From: Tubiluchus corallicola
Taxonomy: Eukaryota; Animalia; Priapulida
Assembly: GCA_030141605.1 (NCBI GenBank)
Contig: JAQGDQ010000561.1
Location: 62,001 to 126,000, forward strand
Length of the DNA: 64,000 nucleotides
Reading direction: 5' to 3'
The position numbers and the translations under genes are program-made. This document shows, in pieces, positions 48,007 to 59,687 of the stretch. The first letter of the stretch is position 1; every line of letters begins with the position of its first letter. The notes under the pieces were generated by a model, which did no database searches, was not told the origin of the DNA, and saw only the letters and a program-made list of their open reading frames with translations.

Positions 48007-48710
48007 GCAGAGTACCATAGATTATCTAAGCTTTACTGTTATAATTTTGTCTGGAGCATGTGGTCAAAATGTCCAAACAGTTGTTGCGGAGAGTTAGACC
48101 AAACGATCTATCTATAGAGATAGATACCTCTTGTGGGTTGTGGGACATTAAATGTCTACTGGGATTCATGATTTGGAAGCCGCAATTCGTAGGTTCTGTG
48201 CTGTGTAAAGGCACCGACAATTGATTCTGCACAATATGGCTTCCGTGTTAGCCAACAGAGTTTACGTCATTTATAGACATTATAAAGACAAATCATTATT
48301 AGTAATTATGGTAATGTGCGGCACATACGTTTTTGACAATCATTTTAAAGGTCGTATTTGCTCTCCTCGTGGAAAATGTTTGTTCTTTGTTGTTGCACAT
48401 AGAAGTGGTCACGTGAGTAAATTGCAAGTCTTTTGCTTTTATAACATATTTGGCTGAGCCAGTCATAGATAAAGCAAGTCTATATACACACAGTGACCAA
48501 TTCGCTTGACATTTACTGTTAAAGAACATAAGAACCTCTGTTTTAATTATGAACGAGAAGATTTCAATGTGGCATGATTTGTGAGACTCACAGTTTGAGA
48601 AAGCAGGAAGCCAAGGTGCTGATGCAAACTTATCTTAAGAAAGCAAATGGCGTCCAACGCCCCATATTACTTTAACAGAGGTCAGCTAGAAGTTTGCCAT
48701 TTTTATCATA

Positions 48711-49619
48711 ATGGCTGCTAATGGATCCAATTTCACCAGCAATGAAGATTACACAGTCAAATATTTCCTGGCTGACTTCAGTTTTGCCGTAATTGCGCTA
48801 TTGGCTACGCTTTGGAATCCATTGATATTGGCTGCCATCTATCGTAACAAACAGTTACAAACTCGCACGAATGCCGTTATAGCATCGCTGGCTGTTTCTG
48901 ATTTTTTGCTGGGAGCTGTTGTAGTCCCATTTGAGTTTGTCCTAAAAACTATAGATTACAGAGAACCGTAGCTGAGCGTCTTTATTATGTCTGACAATGT
49001 CATACAAGTTGCTGGAGTGCTTCACGTTTGCCTCATTGCTGCAGAAAGATACGTCTCTGTGCAACATCCTTTTAAGTACAATGACTATGTCACACCAAAG
49101 ACCTTGAAGACATGGCTGACAGGTGTGTGGGCATTCTCCATAACTGAGTCAGTGACAAGAATGGTCATTCGCTTCTACCGTGGACGTGGAAGTATCATGA
49201 TGTTGGATTATCAGACTCCAAAGAGCATTCTTGTTTTTTTCCTGCCGTGTGCATGTGTTCTGGTGATGTATGGAAAAATCTGGATGATCGCATTAAGACA
49301 AACACGGAGGATAGACCCCATGAACCAACAGAATTCCAACAAAAAGAACGCACTTAAGATGATAAAAGAAATAAAAGCGACTCGAACGCTGGGTATCGTC
49401 GCGGCGGTGTTTATCGTTTGCTGGACACCATTTTTCGCGTCCCCATTTATCGCGTTGGCCTGTAGGAAGGAATGTTTGTCCGGAGAATGGTTTGGCTTTG
49501 CAGTGTGGCTTAGTTATGCTAACAGCGCCATTAATCCAGCGATCTACGCAGCCTCTAATTCTGCCTTCCGGAAATCTTTCAAACAATTACTTTGCTGTAA
49601 CAAAACAAGGAGGTGTTGA
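48711..49619 (+). pseudogene. Paralogous aminergic-like GPCR with a single in-frame TAG (48969-48971)
   Basis: ORFs 48711-48971 and 48987-49619 are in one frame and align end to end with 43569-44465 (QPLLSIF vs EP*LSVF). Confidence 0.85.
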
Positions 49620-49845
49620 AATACAATTACAGTGACGGTATTAAAGTATGAAAGCACTTAATGTCAATGTTAGATTTGCCAACTTTGTGACATGGCATCG
49701 TAATGTTGCATTTAATGTAAAAATGAAAGTTTTAAATGCAAATACTTTGTTGTAACAAAACAAGGGGGTGTTGAAATACAATTACAGTGAAGGTATTAAC
49801 AACTGTATAACTCCATATTTTCTCTTCGAAAATGGCTCTCCGGCG

Positions 49846-50351
49846 TTCTATAGGTTTTACACGTCAAATGTAGACACAGGAAAGTTCAAATGTGACTTAG
49901 GTAAGTCAAATGTAGACATAGGAATTTCGAATGTGTTTTGGTAACTCAAATGTGACTTAGGTAAGTCAAATGTAGATGCATTACTTTGAATAAATCGGTA
50001 ATTAAGTTATTTAACTGCAAATTAGAAAAAGATAAACCAAAGATAGTGCATCTGTTAGGTCTATAACGTTATTATTTTAACTTAGGAGCAATTATTAAAT
50101 TGAAATTTAAGAAGATTAAATTTAACATCCTTAAACTTTAACACCTATCCACATTTGAGATACCAATGTCACATTTGACTTGACATGTGTCTACATTTGA
50201 CTTGCCAAAAACGCTTAAGATTTCTTGAAAACCATTATTAACACATTTGAACTACCTAAGTCTACATTTGAGTTACCAAGACACATTTGAATTACCTAAA
50301 TCTACATTTGAGTTAACGCAGGTCTACATTTGACATGTAAAACCTATAGAA
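49846..50351. mobile_element. Foldback-type element with long modular inverted repeats
   Basis: TTCTATAGGTTTTACACGTCAAATGTAGAC...GTCTACATTTGACATGTAAAACCTATAGAA plus ~21-bp subterminal TCAAATGT units on each arm. Confidence 0.75.
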
Positions 50352-51191
50352 GTTCAAACATTTTCTGCCCCCCCCCCCCCGAAGAGGCCTCACACGCCCC
50401 ACTTCCCCGGCATCGCTTAGGCTCAAATAGGCCCTGCTGATGCTTGCTATGTACATGCGCCATGCGGACAACAGGCAGTTGTGTTAACTAAGAAGTTTAA
50501 CTGGGCTATGACCTAGGGTGCCAAAGTTTGAGCGGCGCAACTTTTTAGGCGCCCAATTTAAAAAAATTCTTATTCTCCTTGGAAAATGCGTAATACGTAA
50601 TACGTAATAAACTGTTACTTTTTGTGACTACGCGGCTAGTTGATTATTGGTTGTGTTACATAAACAGTCACGGTGTTGTTGAACACGGCAGTTTCCTTTT
50701 AACATCCACGCAATGTGCATAAATGAGTCAGTTTAACGGGGAAGAAAAGGCAATTTTAATGCGTACCCCCAAAACTTCTTTATTTGTTTTGGATATAAGC
50801 ATGTGGTGTATCGAGAGTTTTATACGTCACCGAAAGTAGCTGTTTTGGATATAAGCACGTGGTGCCTCCTTGTGTTTGTTTTTTGAAAATCTAGGCTGTT
50901 GATAGACAGGTGAGCTAGGACAGGAAAGAGGCCTTGGCCTCATTTTGCAGACAGGATAGGAAAGAAGTCATTCTTGTTCAGTACGTTGTGTCGTTTTATA
51001 ACAAAATTTTATCAGTCGAGTTCTGTTTAGCAAGTTAGTAAGATGCGGCAAAGATGTAAGTTTGATTTCTTCATATTTCATAATTTTATTACACATTTTC
51101 ATTATAGCAGTTAATTATCCTTTTGACATTCGATTAGCAGAAAATGTTTTTATTTGCTTCAGATAAAACGAAGTCGAGTCTCACATAATAT

Positions 51192-51307
51192 GTCAGTCAG
51201 TTAGTCAGTTAGTCAGTCAGTCAGTCAGTCAGTCAGTCAGCCAGCCAGCCAGCCAGTCAGTCAGTCAGTCAGTCAGTCAGTCAGTCAGTCAGTCAGTCAG
51301 TCAGTCA
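51192..51307. repeat. (AGTC)n microsatellite
   Basis: Direct reading. Confidence 0.97.
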
Positions 51308-51738
51308 AATATGTCATGATGTGATAGTGATTTTGGGATGAGACGATGATTGCCCATTTTGGAAAATAAAAAAATCATAAATTACATCTAAAAGACTGTT
51401 GGACTTGTATTTAACGCATGTCGCGCACATTATTCTTTTGGCCTGTCTGCAGCTTGGTAACGGTACCCTTACCGCAAAGTTAGAAGCCCGTATTTTGCAT
51501 TTTGACCTTGACCCTGCCCTAGTTTCACTCGCTCATCTGAAGTGATAAAATTTACGCCCTCTGCTGTTAAATCAGTAAGTAAAGAGGATCTGTTGAACTA
51601 TGTTAAAAGCCTCAGATTATGATAGATAATTACGTTGATGAATGCTGGCATGAAGCCAGTTAAGGAGTGGTGTCACGTGAGCAAGTGATTCAGAACCGAA
51701 GCTCGGCGAACGATATATAAGCCTTGTGATGCGCCTAG

Positions 51739-52620
51739 CTCAAGGGATTGAGTCTGGCAGCTGAAGGAGAGCAGGCTAGATCAGGGGCTCAGGGGATTGA
51801 GTCTGGGAGCTGAAGGAGAGCAAGCTAGATCAGGGGCTCAGGGGATTGAGTCTGGGAGCTGAAGGAGAGCAAGCTAGATCAGGGGCTCAGGGGATTGAGT
51901 CTGGGAGCTGAAGGAGAGCAAGCTAGATCAGGGGCTCAGGGGATTGAGTCTGGGAGCTGAAGGAGAGCAAGCTAGATCAGGGGCTCAGGGGATTGAGTCT
52001 GGGAGCTGAAGGAGAGGAGGCTAGATCAGGGGCTCAGGGGATTGAGTCTGGGAGCTGAAGGAGAGCAAGCTAGATCAGGGGCTCAGGGGATTGAGTCTGG
52101 GAGCTGAAGGAGAGCAGGCTAGATCAGGGGCTCAGGGGATTGAGTCTGGGAGCTGAAGGAGAGCAAGCTAGATCAGGGGTTCAGGGGATTGAGTCTGGGA
52201 GCTGAAGGAGAGCAGGCTAGATCAGGGGCTCAGGGGATTGAGTCTGGGAGCTGAAGGAGAGCAGGCTAGATCAGGGGCTCAGGGGATTGAGTCTGGGAGC
52301 TGAAGGAGAGCAAGCTAGATCAGGGGCTCAGGGGATTGAGTCTGGGAGCTGAAGGAGAGCAAGCTAGATCAGGGGCTCAGGGGATTGAGTCTGGGAGCTG
52401 AAGGAGAGCAAGCTAGATCAGGGGCTCAGGGGATTGAGTCTGGGAGCTGAAGGAGAGCAAGCTAGATCAGGGGCTCAGGGGATTGAGTCTGGGAGCTGAA
52501 GGAGAGCAGGCTAGATCAGGGGCTCAGGGGATTGAGTCTGGGAGCTGAAGGAGAGCAGGCTAGATCAGGGGCTCAGGGGATTGAGTCTGGGAGCTGAAGG
52601 AGAGCAAGCTAGATCGGGGC
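51739..52620. repeat. G-rich tandem array, 49-bp unit x~18, inside an LTR-like frame
   Basis: CTCAGGGGATTGAGTCTGGGAGCTGAAGGAGAGCAAGCTAGATCAGGGG repeated; TATATAAG upstream, AATAAA and ...AAACA downstream. Confidence 0.95.
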
Positions 52621-52742
52621 TTGGCATTACTATCTGTTATATTTATTGTGTTTGATGTTCAATAAACTTGTAGTCTTATAATCTGACTCTTCATAGTTTT
52701 GCCATTCCTAAAACACCAATAAACACCAATAATATATATATT

Positions 52743-52925
52743 GTGTTCGTCTTTTCTATGCGAGCCAATCACATTACGTCTCTCTTCATCCTCGTGTTCG
52801 TCTTTCCCACGCCAGCCAATCACATTACGTCTCTCTTCATCCTCGTGTTCGTCTTTCCCACGCCAGCCAATCACATTACGTCTCTCTTCATCCTCGTGTT
52901 CGTTTTTTCTATGCCAGCCAATCAA
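52743..52925 (+). promoter_or_regulatory. 51-bp tandem repeat carrying four AGCCAATCA (CCAAT) boxes
   Basis: AGCCAATCA at 52763, 52814, 52865, 52916; a TATA-like TATAATATAAAT at ~53138 precedes the ATG at 53232. Confidence 0.6.
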
Positions 52926-53231
52926 TGGCCTTGCAAATATTGCGTTCCGTATCCTCGCCCTGAGGCGTCTGTCAGACATGCACTCACGTAACGACTTACC
53001 CTTTAACCAGGCAACCACTCTTAACCAGCATTTTTTGCATTGTCAATGTTGAAAACATTCACAAGAATTCTACAAACCCGGATCTCCACTAACGTAAGTA
53101 GGTTAAACCCTGAAAGCCTGCATGCCCACAGCTTTCATTATAATATAAATGCTAGGTGGAGGAAGTCACGGTATTTTGTCTTGACACCAACTTATTATTG
53201 AGTACAAGCATCTGACGACCTAGGTCTGATC

Positions 53232-53278
53232 ATGAAAGTAATAGTACCTTTAATCTTTATCGGCATACTAGCTTTAAA
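53232..53278 (+). CDS. Single IGFBP(IB)-domain secreted protein, exon 1 (signal peptide)
   Basis: MKVIVPLIFIGILAL(K); AA|GTAAGT phase 2 matches the exon 2 acceptor. Confidence 0.8.
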
Positions 53279-53334
53279 GTAAGTACTCTGAGTTGTTAGT
53301 TACTATTGCCATTGACAGATGGTAGCGCGATGAT

Positions 53335-53703
53335 AAGCTTTCTCACTGGTTCGTTGTGCGCACGCGCAGTTGTTGTAGGTCAAAGATTAAGTGTATCACA
53401 CCAACGCGTGTTAACTCCAACCGTCACGTGACATGTGTGTAAAGCAGAGTATCAGTACAGTAACTTCAGTTGTTTTACGTGGACTTTACTTAATTATGCA
53501 TTAGTCTGTGCGTAGAGTGATTTACTAGCAGGATCTCGCTTGGGAACAAGAAAAAATGAGGTAAGGTTCTACCTAGCTGTTAAAACTGTTGCAATAGCGT
53601 GGGATGCGAGGCGTTGTCAAGTGTACACAAATGCGTTGTCTGGTACACTTAACCTTTGACCTTCTCATGATCATCAACAATCGCTGGAACTGTGAAATGG
53701 CTT
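53335..53703 (-). mobile_element. MITE family G, copy 3 (reverse), in intron 1
   Basis: Reverse complement of 31590-32037. Confidence 0.7.
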
Positions 53704-54108
53704 ATTGTTAAAAGTTGTTTAGCTATTATATAAAATGTCTATGTAAATTACTTATAAAATGCATAGGAATGTTGTAGGATGGTGAGTACCAGTCCAGAGT
53801 GCATATAATTTTACACATTGCCTGTAACAACTCTACTAGAAAACTATCGAACTGTTCAAGATTCTCCACAGAAAGTAAAGATGAATGGATTGTAAAAACG
53901 AATAGCAATTGATTGAGTCTACGGCAGAGAAGTCAGCAGTGAGTAGAAACCCGAACTAACCACCGAAGTTGCACTGCTGCCGCAACTGCCCACGTGAATT
54001 TCCTTGTTTAACGAGTTCACTGCATAATGAGATGCTGTGGGTAAACAGTCGTGACCTTACTGCGAGTTCTCATACAAAATTTTTTTCAAGATCAACTTCT
54101 TTTTTCAG

Positions 54109-54253
54109 AGCTTACAGTTTCACCTGTGAGCCTTGCTACGATGAACATGGACAGAGTTTCTGCGAGAGATGGGGCTACGATACGCTTACTATCAAGCAAT
54201 GTCCACACGGGGTGGGCAAAGACGTGTGTGCTTGCTGCGATAGATGTTTAAAG
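54109..54253 (+). CDS. Single IB-domain protein, exon 2
   Basis: AYSFTCEPC..FC..QCPHGVGKDVCACCDRCLK is a variant of the IGFBP GCGCCxxC motif; TTTTCAG| and AAG|GTATTG. Confidence 0.88.
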
Positions 54254-54547
54254 GTATTGTTTATTCAATATTCTTAAAAGGAAAGTAACAGTCAGGACCC
54301 ACTTAAGCAAGGACAAGCCTTTTATTCAGACACAAACATCTGCAACATTTCGACCAGTTCTGGTTCATGTTCAGAAACAATCCTTCTAAGTTGCACAGCA
54401 AATGACACGCTGTCGTTTAGCTTTGTATCAAACGTCTGCAAGTTTACAATTCAGTACGTCTTGTTTGCTTCTCACAATGTTGATTTTTGTCATTTTTATA
54501 TACTGTATTATTCATAAAGTCTTATATATATATATGTATATATATAT

Positions 54548-55358
54548 ATACTTACCTGTGATAAAACTTACCTGTGTCAAACTTACCTATGCCAAACTTA
54601 CCTGTGTTAAACTTACCTGTGCTAAACTTACCTGTGCCAAACTTACCTGTGCCAAACTTACCTGTGCCAAACTTACATGTGCCAAACTTACCTGTGCCAA
54701 ACTTACCTGTGCCAAACGTACCTGTGCCAAACTTTCCTGTGCCAAACTTACCTGTGCCAAACTTACATGTGCCAAACTTACATGTGCCAAACTTACCTGT
54801 GCCAAACTTAGCTGTATCAAACTTACCAATACCAAACTTACCTGTACCAAACTTACCAATACCAAACTTGCCTGAACCAAACTTACCTGTAACAAACTTA
54901 CCTGTACCAAACTTACCAATACCAAACTTGCCTGAACCAAACTTACCTGTAACAAACTTACCTGTACCAAACTTACCAATGCCAAACTTACCTCTACTAA
55001 ACTTACCTGTATCAAACTTACCTCTATCAAACTTACCTCTACTAAACTTACCTGTATCAAACTTACCTCTATCAAACTTACCTCTACTAAACTTACCTTT
55101 GCCAAACTTAAATGTTCCAAACTTACCTGTATGAAACTTACCAATACCAAACTTACCTGTACCAAACTTACCTGTACCAAACTTACCAATACCAAACTTA
55201 CCTGTACCAAACTTACCTGTATGAAACTTACCAATACCAAACTTACCTGTACCAAACTTACCTGTATCAAACTTACCAATGCCAAACTTACCTGTGCCAA
55301 ACTTACCTGTATCAAACTTACCAATATCAAACTTACCTCTACTAAACTTACCCGTATC
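54548..55358. repeat. 15-bp minisatellite (AAACTTACCTGTGCC), ~54 units, in intron 2
   Basis: Direct reading; explains the KLTCA/PNLPV/VSLAQ ORFs. Confidence 0.98.
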
Positions 55359-55456
55359 AAAATTTACTACATTCAGTACTTCACCAGACTTTAACTAAAG
55401 CTAAGGACATGCATTTCACTCGTTTCACTGTAAATTTAATCTATTTTCTGCTCCAG

Positions 55457-55651
55457 GGAGAGAATGAGCGATGTGGCGGATCTTTTGGAGTTATGGGACA
55501 ATGCGGAAAAGGACTGGAGTGTCTGGAATGGATCCCAACGCCTCCACCAGGTTATCCAGGCCCGCCCACTCTTCCTCCAACGGGCATGTACTTTTGTCGA
55601 ATAGTGACAGTGGCGGAGCCTAGCGGGCCGTGGATCGACAGCACCGACTAA
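55457..55651 (+). CDS. Single IB-domain protein, exon 3
   Basis: CCAG|GENERCGGSFGVMGQCGKGLECL..TGMYFC..* completes 12 Cys; the 3' boundary is less certain. Confidence 0.8.
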   Translation, partial: GENERCGGSFGVMGQCGKGLECLEWIPTPPPGYPGPPTLPPTGMYFCRIVTVAEPSGPWIDSTD

Positions 55652-55728
55652 GCGTCACTCAATAAGTTTTAGGATTTGGGTTTTTTGGTAGTTGATACGT
55701 TTAGAGGTTATGTTTGTTCCATGTAAAT

Positions 55729-56208
55729 CAGGGGTGTGCAAATTATCTGACTAGCCGGACCACATTAAACTTTCCCGCAATTCCTGCGGGCCACAGGCAG
55801 TTTGATCAAGGAGCCAAGTACAGTAGGACCTAATAACGATTTTTTTTGCATCCGACCTGCGTACATCATCACTACTACTCAAGAAACTCTTTTAGAAGTT
55901 ATTAAAATTGATATTACAAACCATATATTTCTACTTTCAGGACAGATAGTGGTAATTTCATTACAATGCATATTAGTAATGTGTATCACACAGTCTGTGT
56001 AGTACAGTGACATTAAGCTACAACCGTCTTGTAAGGGTTAATGCCATCCGATCTAGTAGAAAAAACTACCCGCACTATCTTTGGGATCGTGGCACGGACT
56101 TCAGCTGGATACACTCAATTAATCGCCCGGGCCGCACTTTCATTAGGTTGACAAAACTCTTCGCGAGCCACGCAAATCTCTCTGCGGGCCGCAATTTGCA
56201 CACCCCTG
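55729..56208 (+). mobile_element. hAT MITE family C, copy 2
   Basis: CAGGGGTGTGCAAAT...ATTTGCACACCCCTG; TSD ATGTAAAT/ATGTAAAG. Confidence 0.92.
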
Positions 56209-56996
56209 ATGTAAAGTGATCCAGAAGCCAGTAAAAAAACGTCATCAAAACGTCAGACGGTTTGGTTTCTTTTGATAGCGAACTTTGTTGGTGCACCAAC
56301 CACCAATGACACTCGCCAGACACACACGCACGCACACGCACGCACGCCAGCATGGCACGCAGAAACATAGCCTACGCAACATTTGTCAAGAAAGTTGGCA
56401 ACTGATTGTCGCGAGGTTTGTGACCGAGTCGAAGAATTTCTGCACTTCGTGCTGACGACATGAGTTCGATACTCACTTCTGGCGTTCTTTGCGTTTCAGT
56501 GTTATTTGCTTGTAGAATGTAACTAATACAATACAGCGTAGTTAGCACAGGGACACAGCTAAGAAACTGATTACAAATGTAGTGGGTGCATAGGCCCTTT
56601 TTTGGTTTTAATTTAGTTTTCAATTACTGCCACGGTGCTGCCACCTGTTTGTTTATTTAGTAGGCATTTAGCTTTTTACAGTAGTCACACTTCTAAAATT
56701 GAAGCACCTAATATCCTTCAATAGATTAGCATTTTGGCCTTTCGTGAGCAATAGCTGTAGTAGTTGTACGACATTTTACCCGTCTTTTGGTTCTCTCCGC
56801 CATTGCTCTATTTTTCTGTCTGTGATGAGCATTATGACTGTAAATTTCTTACGAATTTATTGTTGTGACATCGTTGTTGTTCTTAAGGCAACTTGGAGTT
56901 CTCATTCCTGTCTTTGTAACTGTTAAAGGCTCTAACAACGTCAGTTATTATTAATTAATTTCAATATAGTCTACACAACTTTTATATCAGTACTTA

Positions 56997-57451
56997 CCGT
57001 ATTTTCCCGTGTATAAGAGACCCTTTTTTGCTCAGAATTTTCACTTTAAAAATAGGGGGTCTCTTATACATGGGAGTAAGTCTTTTCAATAAGATGCATA
57101 AATTGTGACACTAATGATTTTAAAGAAATAAGTGCTCTACAACTGTTTTGTGTGTCGCGTTCGACTATGAAGCGGTTGTAAGCAATACAAGCATCGTGAC
57201 ACAGACATTATCTCCTCGTTTTCTCTTTTCCTGTTACAGGTTTGCAGGTACGCACTTTAATATATACCAGTACTCTTTTTCTACAACACATTAACTGGTT
57301 TTATTTTGTTTTCAGTACCGCACTAGGTTGAAAAAAGTTGTACTTTACCCTCTAAAAATGTCCGTCTGAAAAAACTTTTTTCCAGAATTTTTGCCTAAAA
57401 ATTGAAGGGGTCTCTTATACACAAGGGTCTCTTATACACGGGAAAATACGG
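56997..57451. mobile_element. Tc2/pogo-like MITE
   Basis: TA|CCGTATTTTCCCGTGTATAAGAGACC...GGTCTCTTATACACGGGAAAATACGG|TA. Confidence 0.9.
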
Positions 57452-57860
57452 TAGTTATAGCAATACATTTAATCATGCAACTAATTTTCTTCTATTCAAT
57501 GCAAGTTACACTAAATGTTAATATTTGTATTTCAGAATAAAGAAACTTTTGGTCAAAACGTTAAACTGGTGTTTTGTATCCATTTCAACAAACACGACAA
57601 CAACGCGACGTAATTTACAATAACTTTATTCATACAGGAAACTCTTACAGGTAGTAACATTAATTTAAAATCTTAAATAAATAAATACAGAACTACACTG
57701 GTCAATATTCAAATTTTCAAAAATCTTGAGCGTAATATATTGGAACCGTAATAATATTACACATCGAGTTTGCGTAGACATTAAAACTCTAACCAAAACT
57801 GTCTGTATTGTCAAACCAACTACAATACACACAACGTATAATAAAACAAATTATCTTTAA

Positions 57861-58316
57861 CCCTTTCATACCCGTTGCATCCCGTGGGGTACGAGAATAT
57901 TTTCTGCCTTTAAAATTAATAAAACTTCAAAACTGACAGTTACTTGATCTGTTAATAGTTATTTTGATTTAAGCCAATAACAATAGACTAAAATGGTGAT
58001 AAAATGGCAAACTAGAAAATCTACATAGCACAAAAAACTGCGCAAGGTACAGTACTTTAGAGACGACTTTGTACAGATCAGCATAGCGTGCATACTGAAT
58101 GTCTTAAATACTTTAAAAAATTGTCAGCAGTTGCAAAATGAAGCACATTTTATGCTTCCATTGAATCCCAATGTATCCCGTGGGATACAGGCTATATTTA
58201 GCACGCGGGCGCAGGTAGAAAAAATTATTATTATGTGTAAACAAGATGGACATACTAAACAAAAGTACCAACCCAAAAATTTTTTCTTATTAAAAAATAA
58301 TTTGGGACTGAAAGGG
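57861..58316 (+). mobile_element. piggyBac-like MITE, copy 1
   Basis: TTAA|CCCTTTCA...TGAAAGGG|TTAA; near-identical to 62955-63408. Confidence 0.9.
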
Positions 58317-58681
58317 TTAAAGTACAGTATTTAGGCTCCGAGTGAAGTGCTTTTACTTTCTGAGTGCAGTTAAAACAGTATAACAATAATAACATCAATT
58401 TACAAATGTTCATGATGATGACGATGATCATTTCGACGATATAATATATATATTAAATTTATTTAATTGTAGCTAACTTTTTAAAAGTAAGCTAACCCAC
58501 TCATATTGTAACTACAATATTAAGTGTTAATTAGGTATAATAATAATTTGTAATCTTTGCAATACTACGTAACTTTGCCCTGCAAATAGAGGGCTTGATT
58601 TGGAATGAATTTCTAAACAAAAGATTTATAGTGATAGTAATAAAAAATTGAAGGGAGTGATTTAAATTTTTTGATGTTTGT

Positions 58682-58786
58682 ACAATCTTTTTGCGCCACC
58701 TGGTGATCAAAACTTCAGCACAATCTTTTTGCGCCACCTGGTGATCAAAATTTCAACACAATCTTTTTGCTCCACCTGATGATCAA
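58682..58786. repeat. 38-bp tandem repeat x3
   Basis: ACAATCTTTTTGCGCCACCTGGTGATCAA repeated. Confidence 0.9.
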
Positions 58787-59687
58787 TCAGGGTTGAAGAT
58801 AGTAAACACGTCTAAACTCTCAACGATCCTGTAAACTCAGTAAACCTCTCAGCTGTTGAACATCTCACGCGTCAACAAGCCAATTTAAACTGCAAGCTAA
58901 TAGCTGTTTTCCAACGGGTTTTGTTGTTTTTCTTGACGCGTCAAAGATACCTGCTAATGGGGAATAATTTTGATGAAGGTTCGTCGACTCACTAGTGAAA
59001 TTCCCAATGATAAGTTGCAATTTAGATAATTTGTGCTTTTATCAAATTTCTACTACTTCAGATAGAACAAAAAACCTCAAAATATGAAACATTTTGTTTG
59101 ACGTAACAAAGAATATGATAATACTATCTACTCACATGTCAATGATATGTCAACGAACTGAACATTTTGAGCAAAACACATCATATGAACATTTTTATAT
59201 CATATTTTCGTGATATGTAGTTGTTTATATAATGATAATGGCACACCAATTTATTCTATTTTCTACAAAATTTTTAGAAATATACGTTCTGACATCTTTT
59301 GCAAAATCACAGTTTTGTCACACACACATTACGATTCCTGTCTATCGCTTACAATGTTTGCATCTTAAATTTCAGTAGTTTGATATTAGTCTTTAAACTC
59401 AACATCACGCGAGCAGCGCCATGAACTAATTCGCGCACTGAACCGCAAAAATGACCAAACTGCCCTGCGGACCAAATCTATCATTAAAGCACGTTTTGTT
59501 TAGATTTGTCAATATATATGCCAAGCACTGTTTCGAACCCGTGCCGGCGAATCTATGCAAATCAACCATTGTCACAACTGATCTCTCTCACATTTTCTGT
59601 CCGACGGATGCTGTTTTTAAGGTATAAAAATCAATAGATAATTTACAACAACGATTAAGATTTTCTACAAAAGTGTTTATCTACAAT

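Noticed and set aside
54402-55394. Cys-rich (KLTCA)n or pentapeptide-repeat protein
   Set aside because: Several frames are open because of the 15-bp unit; it lies in an intron between phase-matched exons
57240-57247. 8-nt micro-exon of the IB-domain gene
   Set aside because: Lies inside the Tc2-like MITE, and exon 3 already supplies the twelfth Cys and a stop
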